64,000 bases of DNA from an uncultured candidate division Zixibacteria bacterium (GCA_963806185.1 CAWDXE010000007.1:640001-704000); one strand, 5' to 3'. Shown: positions 33,017 through 43,254, counted from the first letter of the stretch. Numbers and translations are program-made. The notes: generated by a model not told the origin, from the sequence alone.

Positions 33017-34341
33017 AACTTCGGCTGAGCATTGACAAGATTGAAATCGTGCTGTTTTTGTTCCTGACCCTCTTTTCCAATCTATTGGGGCGGGTGTTCA
33101 ACACTCCGGTTTTCAACGGGCTCTATTATTTGTCGCTCGGCCTGATCTTCTTTGACGCAATTCGTCATCGCCCCCCGAACCGGATTCTGTACCTTTCCCT
33201 GGGACTCATGGTGCTGTTCGGGTTGTACATACTCGACCCGCGCACGGCGTTCTCGCGCAATGTCTACACGCTCAAGGACACGATTGCGCCCCTGGCAGGT
33301 TTGTCAATCGGTTTCCTTTTTGCCCGGAACCGGGCGATGCTTCTCAATGCCTTGAATCCGCTCTACTTGCTGTTTGTCGGTTATGCCGTTGTTCAACAGA
33401 TCGCCTTCTATACGCTCAATTTCGCCAACTGGCTCCCGTGGGATGATGCCTACGTAACACGCCTGCTTGATGACGGCGCCGCTTCGAATCTCTACCAAGG
33501 AGGGTTGCTCCGCTTTTTTGGTCCGATGAATTCATTCATGGAAGGACAGGTGTTCGTTGTCGTGCTCGGCTTGGCGCTGGCGCTGTTCCGGGACGACCTT
33601 CGGCGACGACGGCTCTTCGTCGTCAATATGTTCCTGGCCCTCACGTTTCTCGTGCTGGCCCTGGAGCGCTCGGCCATACTCATGGCGGTCATTGTCCTCG
33701 CGGTCTGGTTGCTGCCGATCGTTGCCCGCCGCCTCAAGTATGTTGCTGCAGCCTTGTTCCTGGTGCCCGTGTGCGTGGTTTTGATAGGGATATTTGCCGA
33801 GTCGTATATTCGTGAGGATCCAGCCTTGTCATATGCCTACGATCGGTTGGAGAGTGCGGTCACGCTCGACTTTTCCGGTGACGATGCGTTGCGCGAGCGT
33901 GTCGAGAGCAACTGGCAGCAGGCGGCACACATCGCCAAAACCGAGTACTTCGGCATCGGACCCGGTCGAGTGACGCCCAGTTCAAGAAGCGCGCCCGATT
34001 ATATCGGTCCCCACAATAACTATCTCCTGTACCACCTGGCGTACGGCGTACTCGGCCTCATTGGATTTGTCGTTCTGATCGTCCAGGCGCTGGAGAGTTT
34101 CCGAATCGGTCGAGCGACCGTTCGATACTTCGGTTTTGGCCTCATCGGCGCCTATTGCCTGATGGCCTGGTTCAACCTGCCTTTCGCCTCGCGTAATGGA
34201 ACAATGTTCTTCGTGCTGCTCGGTCTTCTGCTGGCGGTGTCAGCGGATGAAACGGGCAGGGGACATGACCGGCGCTTCACTTCCCGGCTGCCGGCCGAAA
34301 CCGACGAACTCACGGCCCATTCGACATCGGGACGCCCATGA
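33013..34341 (+). CDS. Wzy-like polymerase / O-antigen ligase family protein
   Basis: About 10-12 TM helices, FGIGPG and PHNNYL...GVLGL (Wzy_C) motifs. Confidence 0.8.
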   Translation: MKLRLSIDKIEIVLFLFLTLFSNLLGRVFNTPVFNGLYYLSLGLIFFDAIRHRPPNRILYLSLGLMVLFGLYILDPRTAFSRNVYTLKDTIAPLAGLSIGFLFARNRAMLLNALNPLYLLFVGYAVVQQIAFYTLNFANWLPWDDAYVTRLLDDGAASNLYQGGLLRFFGPMNSFMEGQVFVVVLGLALALFRDDLRRRRLFVVNMFLALTFLVLALERSAILMAVIVLAVWLLPIVARRLKYVAAALFLVPVCVVLIGIFAESYIREDPALSYAYDRLESAVTLDFSGDDALRERVESNWQQAAHIAKTEYFGIGPGRVTPSSRSAPDYIGPHNNYLLYHLAYGVLGLIGFVVLIVQALESFRIGRATVRYFGFGLIGAYCLMAWFNLPFASRNGTMFFVLLGLLLAVSADETGRGHDRRFTSRLPAETDELTAHSTSGRP

Positions 34342-35612
34342 CCGATCACTCTCAGGCCGATTCTTCGAGCCCGTCACGCATGTCCGGTTTGACGGTCGTG
34401 ATTGTCAACGACTTTGCGTATGTCAACGGCGGCGCGGCTCAAGTAGCGCTGGCCTCGGCCGAGGGACTTGTCGCGCGCGGCGTCAATGTCGTGCTCTTCT
34501 CGGCGGTTGGGCCGGTGGCGAAATCGCTGTACCGTTCAGGCATAGAAATCAACTGCCTAGGCCAGCAAGAGATTGCCCGGGACCCGAACCGATGGCGCGC
34601 GATCACGCAGGGACTCTGGAACGATCTGGCCGCAACTCGCCTGACTGAGCTTCTGCGCGGGCTCGACCCCGGGCGCACGATTGTGCATGTCCATGGGTGG
34701 ACGAAGGCGCTGTCGTCAAGCGTGTTCCGTGCGAGCCGGCAAGCCGGATTGCCGCTCGTCGTGACCATGCACGATTACTTCCTGGCCTGTCCCAACGGAG
34801 GATTCTTCAATTACCCGGCCAACAAGATTTGTCATTTGACAGCCATGTCTCCCTACTGTCTGGCGACGAACTGTGACAAACACGGATACTCGCAGAAGCT
34901 CTATCGAGTTGCCCGCCAGGCATCCCAACGCACCCGTGGCGGGGTACCACACGAGGTACGGAATTACATAGCGCTTTCAGAGTTGGGGGAGAATACGCTT
35001 CGGCCGTATCTACCAAAGGACGCCCGTGTCTTTCGACTCAATAATCCAATCTGGATCGAGGCATCATCGCCCGCGGACGTCGCCGGCAACAAGTTGTTTC
35101 TGGCCGTCGGCCGCCTTTCGCATGAGAAAGGACCGTTCCTCTTTGCTGAAGCGGCCCGAAGGTGCGGTGTGAGCGCTGTGTGGGTTGGAGACGGTGAGCT
35201 GCGCGAACAACTGACCGCACGGTATCCGGAAGTCCAGGTAACGGGGTGGCTTTCGCCGCGCGAAGTGATTGGTTATCTTAAGGCGTCGCGGGCCCTCGTA
35301 TTCGCATCGCTCAGCTATGAGGCTCAGCCAATGGTCACATTTGAAGCGGCCGCCTCGGGCGTTCCGGCGATCGTATCTGATACCTGTGCGGCACGCGAAT
35401 TTGTGGAGGAAGGCAAAACCGGCCTCTGGTACAGGGGCGGGGACAGCGCAAGTCTGGCGGAGAATATCAGTAGGCTCAAGGATGAGAAGATCGCCGCGTC
35501 ACTCGGAGCTGAGGCGTACCGCCGCTACTGGCAGGATCCCCCGACCCTGGAGCGTCACGTGTCCGGCCTGGAGCAGATATACGCGGAGATACTCGGGTCA
35601 CACCGACGATGA
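34338..35612 (+). CDS. Glycosyltransferase family 4
   Basis: GGAAQVA, TMHDYFLACP, GRLSHEKG, EAQPMVTFEAAASGVPAI. Confidence 0.9.
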   Translation: MTDHSQADSSSPSRMSGLTVVIVNDFAYVNGGAAQVALASAEGLVARGVNVVLFSAVGPVAKSLYRSGIEINCLGQQEIARDPNRWRAITQGLWNDLAATRLTELLRGLDPGRTIVHVHGWTKALSSSVFRASRQAGLPLVVTMHDYFLACPNGGFFNYPANKICHLTAMSPYCLATNCDKHGYSQKLYRVARQASQRTRGGVPHEVRNYIALSELGENTLRPYLPKDARVFRLNNPIWIEASSPADVAGNKLFLAVGRLSHEKGPFLFAEAARRCGVSAVWVGDGELREQLTARYPEVQVTGWLSPREVIGYLKASRALVFASLSYEAQPMVTFEAAASGVPAIVSDTCAAREFVEEGKTGLWYRGGDSASLAENISRLKDEKIAASLGAEAYRRYWQDPPTLERHVSGLEQIYAEILGSHRR

Positions 35613-35655
35613 CTCAAGCTGGGTCGATCCGTGGTCGATCCTAATGTATTGAGAT

Positions 35656-36822
35656 ATGAAAACAGCGATTGTTCATGACTGGCTGGTGGTTTTCGGTGGT
35701 GCGGAGCGGGTGCTGGAACAGATGCTCAAGCGGTACCCGGACGCCGACCTGTATTCGCTGTTCGATTTTCTTCCTCCGGATGGTCGGCACTTCATCAACA
35801 ACAAGTCGGTGACCACCTCCTGTCTGCAGCGCCTGCCGTTTGCCCGGACGCGATATCGCTCCTATCTCCCGTTCTTTCCGTATGCGATTGAGCAGTTTGA
35901 TTTGTCCGGATATGATCTGGTCATTTCCTCTTCGTACTGCGTGGCCAAGGGGGTGATTACGGGACCTGATCAACTGCATGTCTGCATGTGCTATTCGCCG
36001 ATGCGCTACGCCTGGGACCTGAAACATCAGTATCTCAAGGAAGCCAACCTGGAAAAGGGTATCTCCGGACTGGCGGCCAAATATCTTCTTCACCGATTGA
36101 AGAAGTGGGATGCGCTCACGGCCAACGGGGTGGACGAATTCATCGCCATCTCCGAATTCATTGCTCGTCGCATCTTCAAGGCATACCGTCGCGACTCAAC
36201 TGTTATCTACCCGCCGGTGGATGTATCCACTTATGCGCTTCATCCGAAGAAGGACGATTTCTATTTGACCGCCTCGCGGCTCGTTCCGTACAAGAAGATC
36301 GATTTGATTGTCGAGACCTTCACCCAGATGCCGGACAGACAATTGATCGTGATCGGCGATGGCCCGGAATATCGCAAGATCAAGCACAAGGCTGGATCGA
36401 ATGTACAGCTGCTGGGCTATCAGCCGCCCGATGTCCTGCGCTATCATATGCAACGGGCACGCGCATTCGTCTTCGCCGCCGAAGAGGACTTCGGGATTGT
36501 GCCACTCGAGGCTCAGGCCTGCGGAACACCGGTTATCGCGTACGGAAAGGGGGGAGCCTTGGAGTCAATTTTGCCCGACAAAACCGGCGTATTCTTCGAG
36601 ATTCAGGATGTCGCCAGCCTTAGGGCGGCGGTTCAGCGGTTCGACCGATTGCAACCCTCCTTCGATCCTGCGAGTGTTCGCGCGAATGCGCTTCGGTTTT
36701 CGACGGAGCGGTTTCAACGGGAGTTTGGTCAATTCATGGATGCTGCCATCCGGCGTTTTCAGCAAGATTGGCAGCGCCGACCGGAACCTCTTTCCCAATC
36801 AGTCGGGAAGCGGTTTCCCTGA
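35656..36822 (+). CDS. GT4 glycosyltransferase (WbaZ-like, possibly mannosyltransferase)
   Basis: AIVHDWL...GGAERVL, SRLVPYKKIDL, EEDFGIVPLEAQACGTPVIA. Confidence 0.9.
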   Translation: MKTAIVHDWLVVFGGAERVLEQMLKRYPDADLYSLFDFLPPDGRHFINNKSVTTSCLQRLPFARTRYRSYLPFFPYAIEQFDLSGYDLVISSSYCVAKGVITGPDQLHVCMCYSPMRYAWDLKHQYLKEANLEKGISGLAAKYLLHRLKKWDALTANGVDEFIAISEFIARRIFKAYRRDSTVIYPPVDVSTYALHPKKDDFYLTASRLVPYKKIDLIVETFTQMPDRQLIVIGDGPEYRKIKHKAGSNVQLLGYQPPDVLRYHMQRARAFVFAAEEDFGIVPLEAQACGTPVIAYGKGGALESILPDKTGVFFEIQDVASLRAAVQRFDRLQPSFDPASVRANALRFSTERFQREFGQFMDAAIRRFQQDWQRRPEPLSQSVGKRFP

Positions 36823-36958
36823 CCTGTAGACTTCAACAATCGCCGCCTTCAGCGACCCCCGTAAGCAATTGCGAAACAACGTATTGTGCGGGTTGTGCTT
36901 TGAGTGCGTTTTGGCACGCATTGTGATATAGTCATACGAGACAATCAGGGAGGATTGT

Positions 36959-38056
36959 GTGTCGACACGTGTGACTATGCATCGAAGCGAATCTGAATCC
37001 ATCGAGACCTTGTCCCCGCGGCGCGAATTCACGATCAACGGATACGAGTTGGCGCAAATGGCCATTCGCAACCGATGGTTGATTATGATAGCCGCCGTAT
37101 CAGTCATGATGCTGACGGCTACTGTCGTCTTTCTCATGCCCAATCGTTACGTTTCGACCGCAACCATTCTGCCGTCAGTTGAGGGGAACAGCCTGAGCGA
37201 ACTGCGATCGCTTGCCGGACTCGCCGGAATCATGCCCAAGGATAACAATCCATCGGCATTGTTCCCTACCATTCTTGGCAGCCGCATGATGTACGACAAT
37301 CTGTTGGCCAGAGACCTCACCTATCAGGTCGACGGTCGAAGCGTCAGTACGTCTTTGGCGGAATACTTCGGGGAAACCAATCCTGATCGTCTGCGCGATG
37401 CGCTGGCGGGCGTGACATCCGTTTCGACCGACAAGAAGACCGGCGTAATTAGTCTGGGCGTGGAGACAACGTCGCCCTCCTTGTCGCAAGGCATCCTCAC
37501 CGCTTATCTGACGGAGCTCGAGGACTACAACCTCAACAGACGTCAGTCGCAGGCCAAAGAAAACGCGCTCTATCTGGAACGACAGATGACGGCGCGAACG
37601 ATTTCACTCAAAGCCGCGGAAGATTCGATGGAATATTTCCAGAGCAGAAACCGGGACTGGACAATGTCGAGCGACCCGGAAGTTGGCACGATCATCGGTC
37701 GACTTCAGCGCGAGGTGGAAGTGAATAACACCGCGTACCTGTTCCTGCGACAACAATATGAAATCGCCCAGCTTGAGACGCAAAAGGACATCCCGATAGT
37801 CAGAGTCCTGGATGAACCGTCACTTCCGACTATCAAGTCAGGGCCACGCCGCATAAGTATGATCGCCGCCGCCGGCCTGGTAACCATGATCTTCATGACG
37901 CTCTTGATCTTCATTGTCAACCGCATGCGTCACAGAACGCGCGCCGATCTGGACTACACGGCCCTCCGAGACGAAATCAGCTCCGTGTTTCCGGTGACCA
38001 ATCGTCTGGCCAGTCGCCTTGGCCGAACAGTTCGTCCAGCTAGAACGACCAGTTAA
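36959..38056 (+). CDS. Wzz/GumC-like polysaccharide co-polymerase (chain-length regulator)
   Basis: N- and C-terminal TM helices, Y.STATILP, coiled coil, VLDEPSLP..KSGP. Confidence 0.85.
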   Translation: MSTRVTMHRSESESIETLSPRREFTINGYELAQMAIRNRWLIMIAAVSVMMLTATVVFLMPNRYVSTATILPSVEGNSLSELRSLAGLAGIMPKDNNPSALFPTILGSRMMYDNLLARDLTYQVDGRSVSTSLAEYFGETNPDRLRDALAGVTSVSTDKKTGVISLGVETTSPSLSQGILTAYLTELEDYNLNRRQSQAKENALYLERQMTARTISLKAAEDSMEYFQSRNRDWTMSSDPEVGTIIGRLQREVEVNNTAYLFLRQQYEIAQLETQKDIPIVRVLDEPSLPTIKSGPRRISMIAAAGLVTMIFMTLLIFIVNRMRHRTRADLDYTALRDEISSVFPVTNRLASRLGRTVRPARTTS

Positions 38057-38105
38057 GTCGATGGGTGCCTTGGGCCCGGTTTGACTTTCCAACCGCTCTT
38101 TTCCG

Positions 38106-38134
38106 TTGCTTTTTGCCCATGCCCGCTATATGTT
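38106..38134 (+). promoter_or_regulatory. Putative sigma70 promoter of tRNA-Tyr
   Basis: TTGCTT-17 bp-TATGTT. Confidence 0.45.
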
Positions 38135-38184
38135 GGCGTTCCGTCTTTAGAACCGGGCCGGGGAAACCCGCCTGGGCATGAGTT

Positions 38185-38266
38185 GGTGGGGTTCCCGAGC
38201 GGCCAAAGGGAACAGACTGTAAATCTGTCGGCGATGCCTTCGAAGGTTCAAATCCTTCCCCCACCA
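38185..38266 (+). tRNA. tRNA-Tyr(GTA)
   Basis: GGTGGGG/CCCCACC acceptor stem, ACAGA-CTGTAAA-TCTGT anticodon arm, long variable arm, GAAGGTTCAAATCCTTC. Confidence 0.95.
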
Positions 38267-38357
38267 CTTTGATCACGTATCTGCCGCCACGAAACTTTCC
38301 ACGCCGCCTACTTCTGCTTTCGCACACGTTTGAGTCAACATATACTATTCGCCTCGT

Positions 38358-39731
38358 ATGGTGACGACGCTGACCAAGAAGCCGACTGATTACACCGAGG
38401 GGCCGGTCCTGGGATCGATTCTGAAAATGGGGCTGCCCTCCATGTTCGGCTTTCTTACCCAGCATCTCTACTCGTTCATCAACATGTTCTGGTTGTCGCG
38501 GTTGCCGGAAGGGGAGAGCGCGGTTGCCGCCGTCACCTTCTTTCAGAACATGATGTGGGTATTCTTTTCGATCAATTCCCTGATCGGCCCGGGTTCGGTC
38601 GCCATCATCTCGCGTCGGTATGGCGAAAGAGAATATGATCGGTGCGAAAAAGCGATCAAAGAGACGATCGTGCTCAAGTTGATTTCAGGTCTCCTGTTTA
38701 GTGCCCTCGGCTTCTTCTTCATGGACTTTACGCTGCGATTCTTGGGCGCCACCGGCGACTCCTTCACCCTCGCTCACAGTTACGGCAAGATTGTCATCCT
38801 GCTGCTTCCGGTATCCTTCAGCGCCTATTCGATATTTACCGCCATGCGCGGAGTGGCCAACCCTCATATGGCGATGTCGCTTATGATTGGATCGAACGTT
38901 CTCAATCTGATTCTCGATCCCTTCCTGATCTTTGGCTGGTGGGGCCTTCCCGCACTCGGGATAGTCGGCGCGGCATGGGCAACGGTCATATCGTTCACGG
39001 TCTGTTTTCTGGCCGGTATGGTGCTCTTCTACGGCGGGTACACAAACGTTCGACTTCGTATTACCGGGGGACTTCGCTTGGGCCTGGATTCAATGTGGCA
39101 ACTGATTCGTATTGGCATCCCGGCCTGGTTGGGGGAGACGCTGTGGTCGCTGTCTCGCACAATTGTAGTCCCCATGATTGCCGGCTTTGGCACGAGCGTG
39201 GTCGCGGCCTATGGCATAGGCATGCAAGTACTTGGTATTGGTATCGCGGTACTCGTGGGGATCGGTCTCGGACTCTCGTCGTTAATTGGTCACAATGTCG
39301 GGGCAGGGAAGTACGAGCGGGCGAAAAAGACGGCCGATCTGGCCATTGGCTTTTCCGCGCTCACCATGGCGATTCTCGGGATCATCATGTTCTTATTGGC
39401 ACGGCAGATAATGAACGTGTTTTTCACATCGCCGGAGACCATTGCGGAAGGGGTGGTCATGCTTCGCATCTTCGCAGTCTCCTTCCCGTTCATTGGCGTA
39501 TTTCTGATGTCGGAAAACGTCTACCACGGGGTCGGCATGAACATGCCGGTCATGGTCATTAATATTATTCATGCTTGGGGATTCCAGGTGTTGCCGATCT
39601 GGTTTGTCACTACCCGGCTCGGTTGGTCGCAGGTTGCTGTCTGGTGGGTATTCTGCATCGCTTCTTTCGTCAGTGCCTGCCTGTTCTTCTCCTACTACCG
39701 ACACGGCTCCTGGCTGCAGGCCAAAGTCTGA
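38358..39731 (+). CDS. MATE family efflux transporter
   Basis: About 12 TM helices, NLILDPFLIFG, GIVGAAWATVIS, IGHNVGAGKYERA. Confidence 0.93.
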   Translation: MVTTLTKKPTDYTEGPVLGSILKMGLPSMFGFLTQHLYSFINMFWLSRLPEGESAVAAVTFFQNMMWVFFSINSLIGPGSVAIISRRYGEREYDRCEKAIKETIVLKLISGLLFSALGFFFMDFTLRFLGATGDSFTLAHSYGKIVILLLPVSFSAYSIFTAMRGVANPHMAMSLMIGSNVLNLILDPFLIFGWWGLPALGIVGAAWATVISFTVCFLAGMVLFYGGYTNVRLRITGGLRLGLDSMWQLIRIGIPAWLGETLWSLSRTIVVPMIAGFGTSVVAAYGIGMQVLGIGIAVLVGIGLGLSSLIGHNVGAGKYERAKKTADLAIGFSALTMAILGIIMFLLARQIMNVFFTSPETIAEGVVMLRIFAVSFPFIGVFLMSENVYHGVGMNMPVMVINIIHAWGFQVLPIWFVTTRLGWSQVAVWWVFCIASFVSACLFFSYYRHGSWLQAKV

Positions 39732-39795
39732 TCTCTCCTCCTCACAATTCCTCGTCGACTGTCGATAATGTGCTCATAGGACCTGTTCGACAGCT

Positions 39796-41109
39796 ATGAA
39801 TACTGCGACCATTCTGGAACCTGTCGTTACCCGGGATTTGTCCCGTTCCGACCAGCCGGCCAAGGCTCTCGTCATCGGCCGGATGGGCCTGGTTCGCGGA
39901 CTCGGAAGGCAGGGAATTCATGTTGCCCTGGCCCGGGAAAACCCGGCCGAAGTTGAGCGGTATTCCCGCTATTGCCGGGAGTTCATTCGCCTTCCCAGCA
40001 TGCTTCACGATCGCGAACGGGCGGTTGAGACGCTATGCGCCTTTGGCCGTCGGCAATCCCGCAAGCCGGTCGTGTTTCTGAGCGGAGAATCCGACGTGCT
40101 CCTCTTTTCACACTTTCGGGACACTCTGTCGAACTACTTTGAAATTGTACTCGCGGACCGAGCCTTGCTCGATGCCTTGGTGGACAAGGGGAAATTTGCC
40201 GTACTGGCCGAGCGCTTTGATTTGCCGGTGCCGCGCACCAAGGTCGTCAACAGGGCTGATGAGGCATTCGCTGCCGCCGACCAGTTCGGCTTTCCGTGTA
40301 TTCTCAAACCGATTCGCCAGTCGGACTGGTATCGTCGAGAAATTCGAAATGCTCTTGGCCTCCGCAAGGCGGTACTGATTCAGAGCCAGGTGTCACTCCG
40401 GGCGCTCTATCGCGCTATGCCCGACCCCGGGCAGGTCATGATTCAGCAGTACATTGCCGGTCCGGACACCCAGCACTTCGACTTCCACGGATATTCCGAC
40501 CGAACCGGAACCGTGCGCGGCAGTATCGTGGGCCACAAACTTCGCACCTGGCCCATTCATTTCGGACAGGGTACCTACACGCACTACGTCGACGAACCCG
40601 TTATCACGGAATTGTGTTGCGACGTCTTGTCGCGCATCGGTTACATCGGTGCGTCCAACATCAATCTGAAGCGGGATGCGCTTACCGGTCGGGATTACAT
40701 CCTCGAAATCAACCCGCGGTTCTCATTCTGGGCGATCTTCGATCAAGCGTGCGGCGTCGACCTCATGCGTATGCAGTACAACGAAGCCGTTGGTCTGCCG
40801 GTCGATATCACGATTCCCTTGAAGTCCCCGCGAAGCTGGCTCTGGTTCGAAGGTGACTGGAAAGCTTTTCACGCCTACCGTGAGGCCGGCGAACTGAATT
40901 GGCGCCAGTACCTGCAGAGCTTCCGGCTGGTCAAGGAGACGATCGTTTTCCACACCTGGTCATGGAAAGATCCATTGCCTTCTGCGGTCCTGTTGGCCAG
41001 GCATGTCGGCGTTTTGCCGAAGCGGATAGCCTCAGCCTGCTATCGATGGATAAGGCGACGCCTGCATTTGGATTCGATCCTGGTGGTAAGACCGGGTCGA
41101 CCGACCTAG
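39796..41109 (+). CDS. ATP-grasp carboxylate-amine ligase (D-aspartate-ligase-like)
   Basis: LVDKGKF, FPCILKP, IQQYIAG, LKRDA, LEINPRF. Confidence 0.8.
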   Translation: MNTATILEPVVTRDLSRSDQPAKALVIGRMGLVRGLGRQGIHVALARENPAEVERYSRYCREFIRLPSMLHDRERAVETLCAFGRRQSRKPVVFLSGESDVLLFSHFRDTLSNYFEIVLADRALLDALVDKGKFAVLAERFDLPVPRTKVVNRADEAFAAADQFGFPCILKPIRQSDWYRREIRNALGLRKAVLIQSQVSLRALYRAMPDPGQVMIQQYIAGPDTQHFDFHGYSDRTGTVRGSIVGHKLRTWPIHFGQGTYTHYVDEPVITELCCDVLSRIGYIGASNINLKRDALTGRDYILEINPRFSFWAIFDQACGVDLMRMQYNEAVGLPVDITIPLKSPRSWLWFEGDWKAFHAYREAGELNWRQYLQSFRLVKETIVFHTWSWKDPLPSAVLLARHVGVLPKRIASACYRWIRRRLHLDSILVVRPGRPT

Positions 41110-41876
41110 AGGCAACTCGGCAAGGAATCGATTCCCCCAACAAACAGAAACTGCACCATGGCGGTCAGGTCGGAGATATCGATGACGCCGTCTCCGACTG
41201 CGGGAGACACATCGCTTTCTTCCGGACAGCGGAGCCGCAGGTCGAAATTCAGAAAGAGAAAACCGATCATTACGGTCAAGTCGGAGATATCTATGCCATC
41301 GTCCGGCGACCCGTCAACGTTTCCACGCCCACCCACACAACAGCTATCCTGGAGATCAACGTAGCCGGCTTCAAATTGGGGAACGAATGTCTGGAGTTCG
41401 AAATCCGAGAACCAGGTACTGTGTTCCACGACGTCGACCAGCAGGGTTGTACTGTCGATTCGAATGAGGCCGGTTGTGGCGGTATCCGCCATTGTGACAT
41501 ACATAGTCCCAAACAGACCTCGTCCCGGATAGATGAAAAAGTCCGAGTATGGAAACGCATATGTGGTGATCACACTGTCATAAGTCACCGCTCCCTTGAG
41601 CTGCAGATAATTGACGATACTACCGGTAAACGAGAAGGAGTCCAGGCTCAACGATGGACTTTGCAGTTTGAGAGTGATCTCGATGCCCGAAAGCGGCTGG
41701 TCCGTCACGATACGTATCGGGATTGCCACGTGCGAACCTCTGAGTGCGCGCACTGAATCGACTCGAACAGTATCGGGAAGGTTGGGGTCAGAGATATAGG
41801 TCCGGGCCCGGGTGACTCCGGTGATAACCAGTGTCGCCACTAGGACCTTCAAAAGAATATGTAGACTATGGTTCAC
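41106..41876 (-). CDS. Secreted cohesin-like plus dockerin-like protein
   Basis: Signal peptide; beta-rich DTVRVDSV..GSHVAIPI..LSGIEITL..LDSFSF segment resembling a cohesin; C-terminal CCVGGRGNVDGSPDDGIDISDLT..DGVIDISDLT. Confidence 0.7.
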   Translation of the reverse strand: MNHSLHILLKVLVATLVITGVTRARTYISDPNLPDTVRVDSVRALRGSHVAIPIRIVTDQPLSGIEITLKLQSPSLSLDSFSFTGSIVNYLQLKGAVTYDSVITTYAFPYSDFFIYPGRGLFGTMYVTMADTATTGLIRIDSTTLLVDVVEHSTWFSDFELQTFVPQFEAGYVDLQDSCCVGGRGNVDGSPDDGIDISDLTVMIGFLFLNFDLRLRCPEESDVSPAVGDGVIDISDLTAMVQFLFVGGIDSLPSCL

Positions 41877-42042
41877 CGCTTACAGCACCAAGGTGAGTAC
41901 AATCTCTTGTGAGACAAGCTGTAATATACAACATTCCCCACATTTGGCAAGGCAGAAGTGAATCTCGGTTTCACTTCCAAACAGCAAAGCCGTCGGCTGT
42001 CTGACCGACGGCTGATTCTTGCGCTGATCAGGACTGGTGTGG

Positions 42043-43254
42043 TCAGTAAATACGGTCGATGAGGCCCACGTCTTGCTGCTTCTGATAAGAGAACTCTCGC
42101 CGCACCCGTCCGAAGGTAAAGCCCAATTGTTCGTACAATGCCGCCTGGGTCAGATCGACATGGCGCTGCTGGATAGCCTCTTTGATCGGCATATAATGGA
42201 TGACCCCGTTGCGGTAACCGGTGACCGTTACCCCCTGCATGCCGTCGAGCAACAGGCAAACGGCGCAGGCGCCCGCCTCCATGCCGAAGTTGGCATCGTA
42301 GGCTGTCGAGATGCCGGACCGAACCAGATGGCTGGGAGTGATTGTCCTGATCTCCGGAAGGTCATATAACCCGGCCACGTACATGCCGCTGTTGTGCATG
42401 AATGAAATCATCTCGGAATCGTCATGCATCATCTTCTTCAGTTCCTGCGCCACGTACTTTCCGGCTCCGGCCAGCTTTTTGTGACCAAAAGTATCCAAAC
42501 CGGCTGAATCGTCATAGAGTTCGCCCCCTGAGGCGTCTTTGAGTCCTTCCGCCACGACAATCGTGTATGTGCCGGCCCGGATGTCGCTCTCAATAATCCG
42601 ACGCGTGTATAGCTTCTTCATATGTCGATACAGTTCGTGGAAATCCACCGGAATCTCCGGAATCAGGATCGCGTCCGCCTCACCGGCGACGCCCCCGCGA
42701 AAGGCCGTATGGCCGGCGTACCGTCCAAATACTTCCACTACGATAATCCGGTTGTGCGTCCGGCCTGTGGTCTTGATGTCACGCAGAAATTCGGCGATCC
42801 GGTTGATGGTCGAATCGCCGCCCACGCTGTAGGGAACCAGATCCAAATCCATGGTCTTGGGCGAGTGTACGCATGGAATGCCCTGAGCATCGAGATCCAG
42901 GATGACTGACCCGGTATCGTCACCGCCGGATATCACGAGACCGCCAATGCCAAACTTGGCCAGGCCGTCCTTGATCCGCTGATACTTGTTCTCATCCTTG
43001 ATCTTGGAGATTTTCACTCGCGAATGACCGGCTTCGGAACCGGCTTGTCCTATGGAGAACGTGTCGACTCGGGAAGGGGAGAGTTCAACGAGATTCTGCA
43101 TTTCAACCAGATTATACAGTCCGGCGTAGCCGTTGGGTATTGCATACGTGGTTACACCTCGGCGCGTGGCCATCTGTGCCGCACCCTTCACTACGGCATT
43201 CAGCCCGCCGCAGTCGCCACCACTGGTGATCAAACCGATTTTCTTCAGAGCCAT
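42043..43254 (-). CDS. 6-phosphofructokinase, probably PPi-dependent
   Basis: TSGGDCGGLN, GGDDT, PKTMDLD, EVFGRYAG, LIPE, VAEG. Confidence 0.88.
   Translation of the reverse strand: MALKKIGLITSGGDCGGLNAVVKGAAQMATRRGVTTYAIPNGYAGLYNLVEMQNLVELSPSRVDTFSIGQAGSEAGHSRVKISKIKDENKYQRIKDGLAKFGIGGLVISGGDDTGSVILDLDAQGIPCVHSPKTMDLDLVPYSVGGDSTINRIAEFLRDIKTTGRTHNRIIVVEVFGRYAGHTAFRGGVAGEADAILIPEIPVDFHELYRHMKKLYTRRIIESDIRAGTYTIVVAEGLKDASGGELYDDSAGLDTFGHKKLAGAGKYVAQELKKMMHDDSEMISFMHNSGMYVAGLYDLPEIRTITPSHLVRSGISTAYDANFGMEAGACAVCLLLDGMQGVTVTGYRNGVIHYMPIKEAIQQRHVDLTQAALYEQLGFTFGRVRREFSYQKQQDVGLIDRIY

Noticed and set aside
36912..36926. Sigma54 promoter (TGGCACGCATTGTGA) before the wzz-like gene
   Set aside because: The -12 element reads GA instead of GC, so support is too weak
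25260..38184. Integrative mobile element at tRNA-Thr
   Set aside because: No integrase or transposase and no duplicated tRNA 3' end were found
39742..39768. Sigma28-like TCAC-N15-GTCGATAA before the ATP-grasp gene
   Set aside because: Three mismatches to consensus and no flagellar context
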